Origin: a virus
Lineage: Duplodnaviria > Caudoviricetes
Length of the DNA stretch: 32,015 nucleotides
Virus record (IMG/VR): IMGVR_UViG_3300033076_000385
Location: 1-32,015 of that record
Reading direction: 5' to 3' (one strand)
The translations under genes and the position numbers were made by a program. Under the pieces are notes generated by a model. The model did not search any database. It saw only the letters and a list, made by a program, of their open reading frames with translations, and had not been told where the DNA came from. This document shows, piece after piece, positions 1 through 9,071 of this stretch (within the stretch, counting starts at the first letter, position 1; the number at the start of each line of letters is the position of its first letter).

Positions 1-515
1 CCTGATGTAGTAATTGATGTACCCGAACTACCTGAAGTTCCACTTACACCACTCGTACCAGAAGAACCACTCGATCCTGAAGTTCCTGAAGAACCAGATG
101 TACCACTTACACCACTTGTCCCTGAACTACCTGAACTACCTGATGTTCCACTTGTTCCAGAAGAACCACTAGAACCTGAAGTTCCTGAAGAACCATTAGA
201 TCCCGAAGAACCAGATGTTCCTGAAGAACCACTAGAACCCGATGTACCACTAGAACCTGAAGAACCTGAAGTACCTGATGTTCCACTACTTCCCGATGTT
301 CCAGAAGAACCTGAAGAACCACTAGAACCCGATGTACCACTTGTACCACTAGACCCATTAGAACCCGAACTACCCGAAGTTCCACTACTTCCTGAACTAC
401 CTGATGATCCAGATGTTCCCGAACTACCTGATGTTCCCGAACTACCACTTGAACCCGAGCTTCCTGATGTGCCGCTAGAACCACTAGAACCCGACGTACC
501 ACTTGAACCTGAAGT
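1..515 (-). repeat. 9-bp-period coding repeat, tract B (G-S/T-S triplets, truncated by the window edge)
   Basis: Same unit types as tract A; shares a 52-bp identical segment with it. Confidence 0.9.
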
Positions 516-1736
516 CGCGGCGGTATATTGTGTTCCGTTTATAAATAATTCAGGAACTCTTAATGATTTATTAGTGTTCCAACTATCATTTGCACTTGTG
601 TATGTAATTGTTGCAGGTGTTGTTGGACCTACTACCTCAATACCAGCACCGTTAGCAGCCGCGGCGGTTAAAGAACCACTCGCTAATGTTATTGTTTTAT
701 CCTCAATATATAATTGAGTAACTTGTAAATTTGTATTTGCACCTTGAACTAATAAATTGTTTGTAATTAACACGTCACCTGTTACAGTTAACGTTGTACC
801 GTCAAATGTTAAATTAGTCTCTGCTGTTACGTTTGGAGAAGAACCGTTCAATGTTAATACACCATTATCTTGTGCTCCTGTCATTGTTACAGTACCACTT
901 GAACCTGAAGAACCACTAGAACCTGATGTTCCTGAAGTTCCTGATGTACCACTTGAACCATTTGACCCTGACGAACCCGATGTTCCAGAAGAACCTGAAG
1001 TACCCGCGGTTCCTGAAGTTCCTGAAGAACCATTAGATCCCGAAGAACCAGATGTTCCTGAAGAACCGCTAGAACCAGAAGTTCCTGATGTACCTGATGT
1101 TCCTGAACTACCTGATGTTCCACTACTTCCTGAACTACCCGATGAACCCGATGTTCCAGAAGAACCCGAAGAACCACTAGAACCTGATGTTCCACTACTT
1201 CCCGAACTACCCGATGAACCCGATGTTCCAGAAGAACCCGAAGAACCACTAGAACCTGACGTACCAGATGAACCACTAGAACCTGATGTTCCACTTGTTC
1301 CAGAAGAACCACTTGATCCACTTGATCCACTAGAACCTGAAGACCCCGAACTACCCGATGTTCCACTAGAACCTGAAGTTCCTGAAGAACCATTAGATCC
1401 CGAAGAACCAGATGTTCCTGAAGTTCCTGACGATGCTGCAGTATATTGTGTTCCGTTTATGAACAAATCACCATCTATTTTAACTGAACCTGTAACAATT
1501 TGGTCAGCTTTAAAGATGTTACTTCCTGTTATAGCAAATTCTGAGGAATCTTTTCCGTCTAATAATTGTGAGTTAAGAGATACTGATGATGTTGCTGCAT
1601 AAGAGGAACTAATCGCATTTGATGTAGTTCCACTAATGGTAGCATTAATCGTACCTAATACTGTTAAATCTTGTTGTACATTTACAGAACCCGATACTGA
1701 AAGGGATCCCGTTATAAATGGCTCAAATATTTTCAT
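1..1736 (-). CDS. Collagen-like (Gly-Ser/Thr-Ser)n repeat protein, probable phage tail fibre/virion surface protein; 3' end runs off the window
   Basis: Not in the ORF track. Manual translation from ATG at 1736: MKIFEPFITGSLSVSGSVNVQQDLTVLGTINATISGTTSNA...LFINGTQYTAASSGTSGTSGSSGSNGSSGTSG... I saw no stop before position 1. Gly occurs at every third residue in two tracts separated by a beta-strand-rich spacer. Confidence 0.85.
   Translation of the reverse strand, partial: MKIFEPFITGSLSVSGSVNVQQDLTVLGTINATISGTTSNAISSSYAATSSVSLNSQLLDGKDSSEFAITGSNIFKADQIVTGSVKIDGDLFINGTQYTAASSGTSGTSGSSGSNGSSGTSGSSGTSGSSGSSGSSGSSGSSGSSGTSGTSGSSGSSGTSGSSGSSGSSGTSGSSGSSGSSGTSGSSGSSGSSGTSGSSGSSGSSGTSGSSGTSGTSGTSGSSGSSGTSGSSGSNGSSGTSGTAGTSGSSGTSGSSGSNGSSGTSGTSGTSGSSGSSGSSGTVTMTGAQDNGVLTLNGSSPNVTAETNLTFDGTTLTVTGDVLITNNLLVQGANTNLQVTQLYIEDKTITLASGSLTAAAANGAGIEVVGPTTPATITYTSANDSWNTNKSLRVPELFINGTQYTAATSGSSGTSGSSGSSGTSGSSGSSGSSGTSGSSGTSGSSGSSGSSGTSGSSGSNGSSGTSGTSGSSGSSGSSGTSGSSGTSGTSGSSGSSGTSGSSGSSGTSGSSGSNGSSGTSGSSGSSGTSGTSGSSGSSGTSGVSGTSGSSGTSGSSGSSGTSGVSGTSGSSGTSITTS
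894..1433 (-). repeat. 9-bp-period coding repeat, tract A (about 60 G-S/T-S triplets)
   Basis: Units such as cctgaagaa/cctgatgtt/ccactagaa on the + strand; includes a 72-bp tandem duplication, 1111-1182 and 1183-1254, with 1 mismatch. Confidence 0.9.
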
Positions 1737-1739
1737 CTA

Positions 1740-1791
1740 GATATAAAATTTTATATCCTATAAATACTTAGCATTTACGTTCAAGTGTCAA
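1740..1791 (-). promoter_or_regulatory. Upstream control region of the fibre gene: TTGACA (1791-1786), TATTTATA (1766-1759) and a perfect 18-bp palindrome GATATAAAATTTTATATC (1740-1757)
   Basis: Read directly from the 1737-1803 intergenic region; function inferred. Confidence 0.45.
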
Positions 1792-1803
1792 ATATTTACA
1801 ATC

Positions 1804-3921
1804 TTAAAAGAATTTTTCTAGTTTTTTTATTACATCTTCGGGTAAAATCTCTTTTGAACACTCAAATTCTCTTTCTGTCTTTTCATGAATTGGACACCAA
1901 TTCCAATTTCCGGGATCAAATTTGTGTGTATGCCAACAACCGTTACATACATTTTTGTTAATTATCCTTTCAACATTGTCAAATGGTTCGAGATAAATGT
2001 CTGTAAATCCGGAGATTAGAACAACAGGAATATTTGCCGACCAAGCTAACCAACTAAGACCACTACTAATACCAATAAAGAATTCGGATTCTTGTAAAAC
2101 TCCTAAAATTTCTTTAGTTGTACTTGGGGGTTGTAGTTTAACACCTTTAGGGTTTCTATTTCCCATGAATCCATCTTCTTCTCTTGATAGAAGTCTAACT
2201 TCGTACCCTTTTGACTTGATAAATTCAACAACCTTTTGCCAACCATCTGGATTATTCCAATACTTACATTGGGAGGTTGAGTGGATAGCAATACACACTC
2301 TTTTTCTCTTATGACCACCAACCGATGGTACTAATGGTTTTATTTCTTTATAATCTAATCCTAAAATATCTGAGGCAATCTTTTGTAATGGTTCTTTTAA
2401 CGGGTCATATGGGTGTCTTTCATAATTAACCACATCGTCTTGATAAAATAACCCTAATCTATATAAACCAATAATTCCATTAACATTTGTTCCCGGTTTT
2501 ACGAATTCAATTTCAGGATATTGTCCTTCAAATAATTCGTTATGAAATGTTGAACAGACCACCTTACAGTTTCTTTGTTTCCTAAATTCCTCAACGTATG
2601 GAATAAATGCTAATGTGTCACCTAAAGATTTGGATTCAAACGGAATATAAAATTTATTATTTTCAGTTATTAAATCATATGTTGCAACAAAATCGTTGTC
2701 GACGCCCGTGATTCTAATTTGCCAATCAACATAATATTTGATAGATGGTCTTGTCCATTGGTTACTACCCAACATGGTTTGGTAAACAACAGAACCGTTC
2801 TTTTTATTTATGAATTGTACATTATATTTGTATGGTAACGTGTCTAAAATCTCAACGAATGGTCCATCTACGAAGTGTACATTAACTACTCTATTTGATT
2901 TCTTATTGGCCCAATCTAAAATATTTTTTCTTTTAAATGTTTCTAAATCCTCTTTTAATTGTTGTGTGAAAATCTCAACTCCTTGGTAAAAAACTCTAAC
3001 AGTTTCATTTTGATTATAATCACCTAACAATTCTAAATGATATTGTCCTTTCTTGACTGTGTAGAAAAATTTCCTATCACCGTAATTAACTTCACACAAA
3101 TAGTCCGTCTCCGCAGGTTTCTCAGTAAATCCCGAGATAAAATGTATGTGGAGTTTATTTGTGTGATCTACCGCCAGATATGTTTGAAAAATGGCACCAT
3201 TTTTAAGTATACCATTTCTATTCCAAGCGGCAAAGATGTTTAATTCGTTATCATTTGGAATGTATTTTGAAACGAATACGTTGTTAGTCACACTTTTAAG
3301 TGTTTGGAAGAAAACCTTTTCTAATTGCCATCTGTTTGGTTTTCCTTTAAAATATTCTTCTTTAGTGTTAATTTGGTTTACAACAGATAATGCCGTGTCG
3401 GTCTTAATTGAAAATATATATGTTGATGAGTAGGGTGATTCTTCACTGGTTGACCCTTTCATATATTCGTATACAACCGCATCATGATTTCTAACATATT
3501 CCATAAAGGCTTGTCTATATTGAACCTCGTCAGGGATGTTATCATATTCTAAGAAATGGATGTATTTTTTGTTAAGTTGTTTTGCCAAATTAAAAGCGTT
3601 TTTCATCGTTAACCATATTGCATAGTCATGATGAAAGTCGACTTTATTAAACACTTTGTAGTCGTTCATTATTGTCCATCTATCACTAACCACCCCATAC
3701 TCTTCGAAATCCTTTTCTAATAATATGTCATTATTTTTATCATAGATAAAATAATCAACTTGTTTTTGGATTTCAGGTTTGACCGGATAATGTCCACACA
3801 AAATGATTGGGATATTAAAAACTTTTATTTTATCTAATAAACTTAATAAAGTTTTTTCCTTTTCTTCTGTATCTAACCAACAGTCTACAACAAATATATC
3901 TTCGTTAAAATTGTATGCCAT
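1804..3921 (-). CDS. Two-domain glycosyltransferase: N-terminal GT-like domain plus C-terminal Aah/TibC-like (autotransporter O-heptosyltransferase, GT9-related) domain
   Basis: C-terminal motifs ESKSLGDTLAFIPY, FFIGISSGLSWLAW, VVLISGFT, and CNGCW...WCP.H...FEC (Cys pattern like the Fe-binding site of Aah/TibC). Start moved from 3984 to ATG 3921, which makes a TAATG overlap with the upstream stop. Confidence 0.8.
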   Translation of the reverse strand: MAYNFNEDIFVVDCWLDTEEKEKTLLSLLDKIKVFNIPIILCGHYPVKPEIQKQVDYFIYDKNNDILLEKDFEEYGVVSDRWTIMNDYKVFNKVDFHHDYAIWLTMKNAFNLAKQLNKKYIHFLEYDNIPDEVQYRQAFMEYVRNHDAVVYEYMKGSTSEESPYSSTYIFSIKTDTALSVVNQINTKEEYFKGKPNRWQLEKVFFQTLKSVTNNVFVSKYIPNDNELNIFAAWNRNGILKNGAIFQTYLAVDHTNKLHIHFISGFTEKPAETDYLCEVNYGDRKFFYTVKKGQYHLELLGDYNQNETVRVFYQGVEIFTQQLKEDLETFKRKNILDWANKKSNRVVNVHFVDGPFVEILDTLPYKYNVQFINKKNGSVVYQTMLGSNQWTRPSIKYYVDWQIRITGVDNDFVATYDLITENNKFYIPFESKSLGDTLAFIPYVEEFRKQRNCKVVCSTFHNELFEGQYPEIEFVKPGTNVNGIIGLYRLGLFYQDDVVNYERHPYDPLKEPLQKIASDILGLDYKEIKPLVPSVGGHKRKRVCIAIHSTSQCKYWNNPDGWQKVVEFIKSKGYEVRLLSREEDGFMGNRNPKGVKLQPPSTTKEILGVLQESEFFIGISSGLSWLAWSANIPVVLISGFTDIYLEPFDNVERIINKNVCNGCWHTHKFDPGNWNWCPIHEKTEREFECSKEILPEDVIKKLEKFF

Positions 3922-4580
3922 TATCTCTTTGTTAAAATAATAATTCCATTTAAAAAATTTATGGATTCGATATCCACTAAACAACCTGGTTGTGTTCTTT
4001 TTGACAAATCAACTAACCAATCTTCTCTTCTTCCATGAACATTAGGTGCATCGAAATTCATTAACCCTCTAAAATTAACATCATCCGCTAATGATTTGAA
4101 TACTTCAATACTTGTAGTTGGTTTCAAATATCCACCTTCATAATCTTCCCAATATGCCGTTCCACAATCTTCAACGATATAGACTCCTCCTGATTTCAAA
4201 CTATTCCATAAGTGTTGAAATGAAAACACAACGTGTGAATTCATATGTGAACCGTCATCCAATATCATGTCAAATGGTCCATACTGTTGTTTTATTTTGG
4301 TTAAGAAATCCGCATCGGCTTGTGAACCGATTTCAACAGAAATTCTTTCTTCTCTATATTGTTCACAATCGGGATTGATATCAATACCTAATATGTTTGA
4401 GCGGTAGAAATATTCTTTCCACGTTTTTAATGACTTACCATTTAGAATTCCAATTTCTAAAATGTTTAAATTATCATATCTATTAAATGGTAGATACTTT
4501 TCATACTTTACACAATAATTGTGTATATCAGAACTCTTATCGGTTCCGTAGGATTGTGCTATTTTGTTTAATGTACTCAT
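3921..4580 (-). CDS. Class I SAM-dependent methyltransferase (MycE/TylE-like sugar O-methyltransferase type)
   Basis: YGTDK..HNY, ILEIGI, GIDI, GSQAD and FDMILDDGSH motifs. Confidence 0.8.
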   Translation of the reverse strand: MSTLNKIAQSYGTDKSSDIHNYCVKYEKYLPFNRYDNLNILEIGILNGKSLKTWKEYFYRSNILGIDINPDCEQYREERISVEIGSQADADFLTKIKQQYGPFDMILDDGSHMNSHVVFSFQHLWNSLKSGGVYIVEDCGTAYWEDYEGGYLKPTTSIEVFKSLADDVNFRGLMNFDAPNVHGRREDWLVDLSKRTQPGCLVDIESINFLNGIIILTKR

Positions 4581-7303
4581 CTTGTAAAATATATCATTTG
4601 TAATGCGTTATTTGAACCCATGAACATTAGGTAAGAATTAAATCCTAACATTAACATTCTGGTTATCATTCTTTGTCTTAATTCTTCATCGTAATTAAAG
4701 TGTGAATGGTGATACTCCATTGAAATCGTTTTAACTTTCATTAAATTCTCATCACTAATTCCTGCCAATGCGTGATGTTCAGCACCTTCGATATCTATTT
4801 TAAGAAAATCGATTTTGTCAACTAATCCCGTCTCAAAAAGATAATCTAATGTATATGTTCTAACTTTATATGATTTAGATTCAGGTTGTGCTCCAAATAA
4901 ATTTGAACCTCCTAAATGTGTACTTTCATATAAATTAAGTTCACCAATTTCATTACTAGCCGCAGCATTGAACAATATCGATCTTGGGTCCGCGTTTAAA
5001 GATAGTAATTTAAAATATCTACTATCAGGTTCAAATGAAATTACTTTACTTGCACCTTCACTATATGCCCATCTATTAAAGACTCCGATGTTTCCACCCA
5101 AATCTACTACAACATCACCATCATGAATTCTTTTTTCTCTATTTCTATAGTAATCTCTTAAATTAAAGATTTCATGAAATATTGCAGGTGCCCAACCAAA
5201 TTTTTCAGCAACTTCCATGGTACTACCTTCGTACTCATATAAATTTTCAAAATTCTCTAATTTGTAAACGTCGGTGTAAAAACATTTTGATTTATAAAAT
5301 GATTTATCTCTTTGAAGTTTGATGAACTCAATCATTTTATCAGATATCTCGGCGTTTTTATTACCGTGGAAATAAATGATTTTAGATTTATCTTTTGGGA
5401 TATATTGATAACCAAATATTCTATTGAAATTTTGTGGTCCATCTTCGTTCCAAAATTTATAGAATTGGTGAAGTGTTTTATCGATGAATCCAGCGTCTCC
5501 GTCATATGATGAAGTGTCAAAGTTTAATAACGGTAGATGGTCTTTGTGACCGTATTTCCATCTCATTGCATTATCAATACCTTCATCGTTCCATAAAAAC
5601 AATCTTTTGTATTCCTTACCACCATCTTTCATTATGTTTTGATAATGTTCGATGATTTCTAACAAAAAATCTTTACAATGTTTATTATAGACAAAGAAAC
5701 AAATGTGCATGTATGGGTTTGATTTACTAATACCCCATTCATTAGCCAATTGTTCGTTGAATAGTTGTGATTTAGTACCATTATCGTACATACCGAAAAA
5801 TTCCTCTTGTACATGAATATCCGCCAATGGGTAGTTCGTTACTTTATTAAAGTACTGTCTAACATCATCTATGTTATGATTTACTACAACATCCCCATCA
5901 ATCCAAACAAAATTATCATACCCTTCGTCTAATGCAGCAACACAAGCATGTTGTTTCCAATACCACTTATCATGTTCAGAAATTTTTGGGGGGTTGATTG
6001 TTCTTTTTATTACATTTGGATAATCGAATGGTACTTCACAATCGACACCATAAACTATTATTTTTTCATTTGAAAATTCCAATAAAGATTGGACCAATTT
6101 TTCAATAACCGGCATGTAACCTAAATTACCTGTGGTAACAAATGCAAATGGTTTTTTATTTCTCATTAATATTTCCGATGCCCCTTTGGCAACAGTATCC
6201 CAATTAAAGTTTTTATGAATTTCTTTCGCTTCTTCTCTTGATTTAATTAGAATTGCCGTGTTATAATCATACGCTTGTCTCATTTGAATTTTTAGGTGAT
6301 TCCAATCGGGTTCACAATATTCACCTGGCCATTCTTTATGTTCAATATTTGCTGGTCTTAATCCCTTAATATCAACAGGAATTCCTTTACCTTCAGCAAA
6401 TTGTAATTGACCACCCCAATTAGAATATATCGATGGAGTACCACAAGACATCGCCTCAATCAACGGTAGATTCCAACCCTCACTTCTCGCACACGAAACA
6501 AATACATTAGCAGTTTGTAGGTGTTTAACGTATTCATCTCTTGGTGGGAACTTTAAAAAGGTAATGTTTTTAGTGTCAATGTTATAATGATTCACTCTCT
6601 CATCTGTGGTACTTAAACCATCATATGGGTATGGATTTTCAACAGACGCCAATAGTTCAACATCATCTTGATCTTTAAATTCTTCTGCAAATGCCTGTAA
6701 AATTTCTGTAGTACCTTTTCTATAATCCCATCTACCAAAATGAACAAATCTAAATTTATCTCTTTTTGGAAATTTCTTTATGGGTTTAAAAGTGTCGACG
6801 TCCACACCTTCAGGGACAATGAAAATTTTTTCTTTAGGATACCCTTGTTCAACTAAACAATCTAATTGCCATTGTGTTGGGACCCAAACCTCATCAAAAT
6901 AAAATAATCTATTAAAGAAGTTATCGGGATATCTGGTTGATTCCCAAACGTTATACGCAATTTTATAACCTTCGTAATCTTCATAAAAATAATGATTATT
7001 AGTTTCCATTAGTACAATGTGTACATCGGGAACAAAATCACCTTTATAATCATACATGGGTTCATCAATACGACCGTTACCATCTGCACGATGTAATGTC
7101 TGTAGAATCAACATGTCACCAATTTCTTTTGTGAAATATGATTCACCATCATGTGGTCGATTGTTCATTCCTTTCCAACTATTACCAATAGTTAGATTTC
7201 GAATTTTAACTGTGTGGTACTTGTTTAATGCTGTGAAAAATGATCTAGCGTGGTTTGCGTAACCTGTTGTACCAATAAACGGGGCGTGTCCTAATATTTT
7301 CAT
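4577..7303 (-). CDS. Three-domain fusion: GT4 glycosyltransferase + GT-A (DxD) domain + FkbM-family methyltransferase
   Basis: GT4: TTGYANHAR, GRWDYRKG, RSEGWNLPLIEAMSCG. Middle domain: WIDGD. C-terminus: VVDLGGNIG, FEP, IDFLKIDIEGAE. The second ATG (7303) is preferred over 7306 from promoter spacing. Confidence 0.85.
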   Translation of the reverse strand: MKILGHAPFIGTTGYANHARSFFTALNKYHTVKIRNLTIGNSWKGMNNRPHDGESYFTKEIGDMLILQTLHRADGNGRIDEPMYDYKGDFVPDVHIVLMETNNHYFYEDYEGYKIAYNVWESTRYPDNFFNRLFYFDEVWVPTQWQLDCLVEQGYPKEKIFIVPEGVDVDTFKPIKKFPKRDKFRFVHFGRWDYRKGTTEILQAFAEEFKDQDDVELLASVENPYPYDGLSTTDERVNHYNIDTKNITFLKFPPRDEYVKHLQTANVFVSCARSEGWNLPLIEAMSCGTPSIYSNWGGQLQFAEGKGIPVDIKGLRPANIEHKEWPGEYCEPDWNHLKIQMRQAYDYNTAILIKSREEAKEIHKNFNWDTVAKGASEILMRNKKPFAFVTTGNLGYMPVIEKLVQSLLEFSNEKIIVYGVDCEVPFDYPNVIKRTINPPKISEHDKWYWKQHACVAALDEGYDNFVWIDGDVVVNHNIDDVRQYFNKVTNYPLADIHVQEEFFGMYDNGTKSQLFNEQLANEWGISKSNPYMHICFFVYNKHCKDFLLEIIEHYQNIMKDGGKEYKRLFLWNDEGIDNAMRWKYGHKDHLPLLNFDTSSYDGDAGFIDKTLHQFYKFWNEDGPQNFNRIFGYQYIPKDKSKIIYFHGNKNAEISDKMIEFIKLQRDKSFYKSKCFYTDVYKLENFENLYEYEGSTMEVAEKFGWAPAIFHEIFNLRDYYRNREKRIHDGDVVVDLGGNIGVFNRWAYSEGASKVISFEPDSRYFKLLSLNADPRSILFNAAASNEIGELNLYESTHLGGSNLFGAQPESKSYKVRTYTLDYLFETGLVDKIDFLKIDIEGAEHHALAGISDENLMKVKTISMEYHHSHFNYDEELRQRMITRMLMLGFNSYLMFMGSNNALQMIYFTR

Positions 7304-7310
7304 CATTTAA

Positions 7311-7339
7311 ATTATAACGAAAATATATTTAAAAATCAA
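7311..7339 (-). promoter_or_regulatory. sigma70-type promoter TTGATT-17-TATAAT, probably producing a leaderless mRNA
   Basis: -35 at 7339-7334, -10 at 7316-7311, then 7 nt to ATG 7303. Confidence 0.6.
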
Positions 7340-7354
7340 ACAAATATGTGGTTT

Positions 7355-8062
7355 TTATAGTAAATCTTTTGGAAAAAGTTGTGGATATTTTTCTCTAATA
7401 TTCGTTTGTTTTTCTTGACTGAAGTATTTGATTTTAAAGTCTTTGTCGGGTCTATATTGTGGATTGAAATATACGATATGAAGTTTACCTGACATTAGTA
7501 AATCGTATATGTAATCTTCAAATTTTATATTAGGTATCTCAGTACCTACCCCCTTTATTTGATATAGTATTCCTTGTTCTTGATTATGAACAATTGCTAC
7601 ATGTGAAAATCCGTTACCCCTCTCATCTATCTCCCTCAACTCAATTAAATTATCCTCATAATTACATCTACCACAATTATCCATTCTTACAATCATTTCC
7701 ATTGAGTGGTGTCTCTTTAAATCCACCCAATAATAACCGACTCCATTTACTCTGTAATCTAAAATGATTTCATTGGTTTCTATGTAATTTTTTGATGTGT
7801 AATTTTTAGAATATTCAGAAATCGAGTTCTTCCATAAATCTTCAATTTCCAACACGGTCTTCTCATTCAATATTGAATAGTCGGAATTGTTAATATTTTC
7901 AACATAATTTGCGACATTATATAATATAACAGATAAAGTGAAATCAGAACTCTTTCTTATCGATGGGTATGATGCTTGTATTTTACTTAATGTTAACTCA
8001 GCATTTTTTAACCCCACTACTTTTATTGTTAATTTTAATTGGTCTAAATAAGAAGATGCCAT
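7355..8062 (-). CDS. Hypothetical protein
   Basis: 235-aa ORF coupled by TAATG to the upstream gene; contains CGRC and YQIKG; no family recognised with confidence. Confidence 0.7.
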   Translation of the reverse strand: MASSYLDQLKLTIKVVGLKNAELTLSKIQASYPSIRKSSDFTLSVILYNVANYVENINNSDYSILNEKTVLEIEDLWKNSISEYSKNYTSKNYIETNEIILDYRVNGVGYYWVDLKRHHSMEMIVRMDNCGRCNYEDNLIELREIDERGNGFSHVAIVHNQEQGILYQIKGVGTEIPNIKFEDYIYDLLMSGKLHIVYFNPQYRPDKDFKIKYFSQEKQTNIREKYPQLFPKDLL

Positions 8063-8550
8063 TATATTAAAGTCTTGTTTATATCTTTTTTATTTCCTAA
8101 TCTTAATCTATTTTCACTGTTTGGGTCGAATATATCTTCATAATATGTTATGGGTACATTCAATATCTTTGATAAACTATGGATTTCATCATTCCATTTA
8201 ATAATGTCGTCATATGCTATCTGATCTATGGGTGTCTCTTCCCAAAAATATTGTTGGTTAGAATTAAATCCTTTAGAACTGTTATGTACTCTATATGAGT
8301 GACTTTCTGCACATGCCTTTAGGTCTCTCCTACTTAATAAAATAATCTCGTCAAACCTTTCAGATAATTTAACATTATCGTCATGTTGACATATTATAGT
8401 TTTGACTACAGAATTATCTTCATTATTATAAATCACTCTACCACTACCATCAAATGGTTCAAAATAAGGTTTAAGATTCTTTTCTTTTGATATTTTATGT
8501 AATAAAGAAGTTGACCCCGTTCTTGGTAATGATATGATTAAAATCTTCAT
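8062..8550 (-). CDS. Small sulfotransferase-like protein (P-loop/Stf0-like)
   Basis: N-terminal ILIISLPRTGSTSL (5'-PSB-like loop), FEPF, ILLSRRD, ITYYED. Confidence 0.7.
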   Translation of the reverse strand: MKILIISLPRTGSTSLLHKISKEKNLKPYFEPFDGSGRVIYNNEDNSVVKTIICQHDDNVKLSERFDEIILLSRRDLKACAESHSYRVHNSSKGFNSNQQYFWEETPIDQIAYDDIIKWNDEIHSLSKILNVPITYYEDIFDPNSENRLRLGNKKDINKTLI

Positions 8551-9071
8551 ATTAATTTCTTAGTGTCATCTAATTTATGATAAATAAAATTAGTATCGTT
8601 CATCCATATGTTGAGAGATTGTCTAATTCCTATATTAACAGGCATTACTCCATGAAAAATTTTATTACCTTCGAATGTTACACCCTCACCCATTTTTAAA
8701 TCTAATTTAATTTTACCATTTTCTAATTCAGTATCAAAATTTGATAATACGAATCTACCGTCTTTATAGTTAGTAGTTAATGGTATTACGGTGGTGTAAT
8801 TGGATGTTTTATCAAGATGTAAATCTAACCTCCTACCATCATAATATTGGGTGAAACTTACATTTATATTCCTTATATTAAAAGAATCAAAAGATTGTAC
8901 ATCTAATATAGACTTTAAAATTTTAGATTTAAATTCTTCATTATATATTCTTTTACAATCCCAATTATCATTGGGGTTATATGAAAATTGGTCACCGTTT
9001 TTTAAACAAAATTCAATGATTTCATTACATTCTTCTTGATTGAAGTATTGATTGATTTTGTATTGAATCAT
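8547..9071 (-). CDS. 2OG-Fe(II) oxygenase (prolyl-hydroxylase-like)
   Basis: HLD...FHGVMPV..GIRQSL (HxD...H...R). Confidence 0.85.
   Translation of the reverse strand: MIQYKINQYFNQEECNEIIEFCLKNGDQFSYNPNDNWDCKRIYNEEFKSKILKSILDVQSFDSFNIRNINVSFTQYYDGRRLDLHLDKTSNYTTVIPLTTNYKDGRFVLSNFDTELENGKIKLDLKMGEGVTFEGNKIFHGVMPVNIGIRQSLNIWMNDTNFIYHKLDDTKKLI

Noticed and set aside
1-1433. Possible CRISPR array or non-coding satellite
   Set aside because: Period is 9 bp with third-position variation and no repeat-spacer alternation; it is coding.
107-1602. Track ORFs 107-502(-), 469-717(+), 757-1602(+) and 887-1393(-) with PE/PD or VLQV repeats
   Set aside because: Shadow frames of the 9-bp repeat; the real gene is the minus-strand G-S/T frame starting at 1736.
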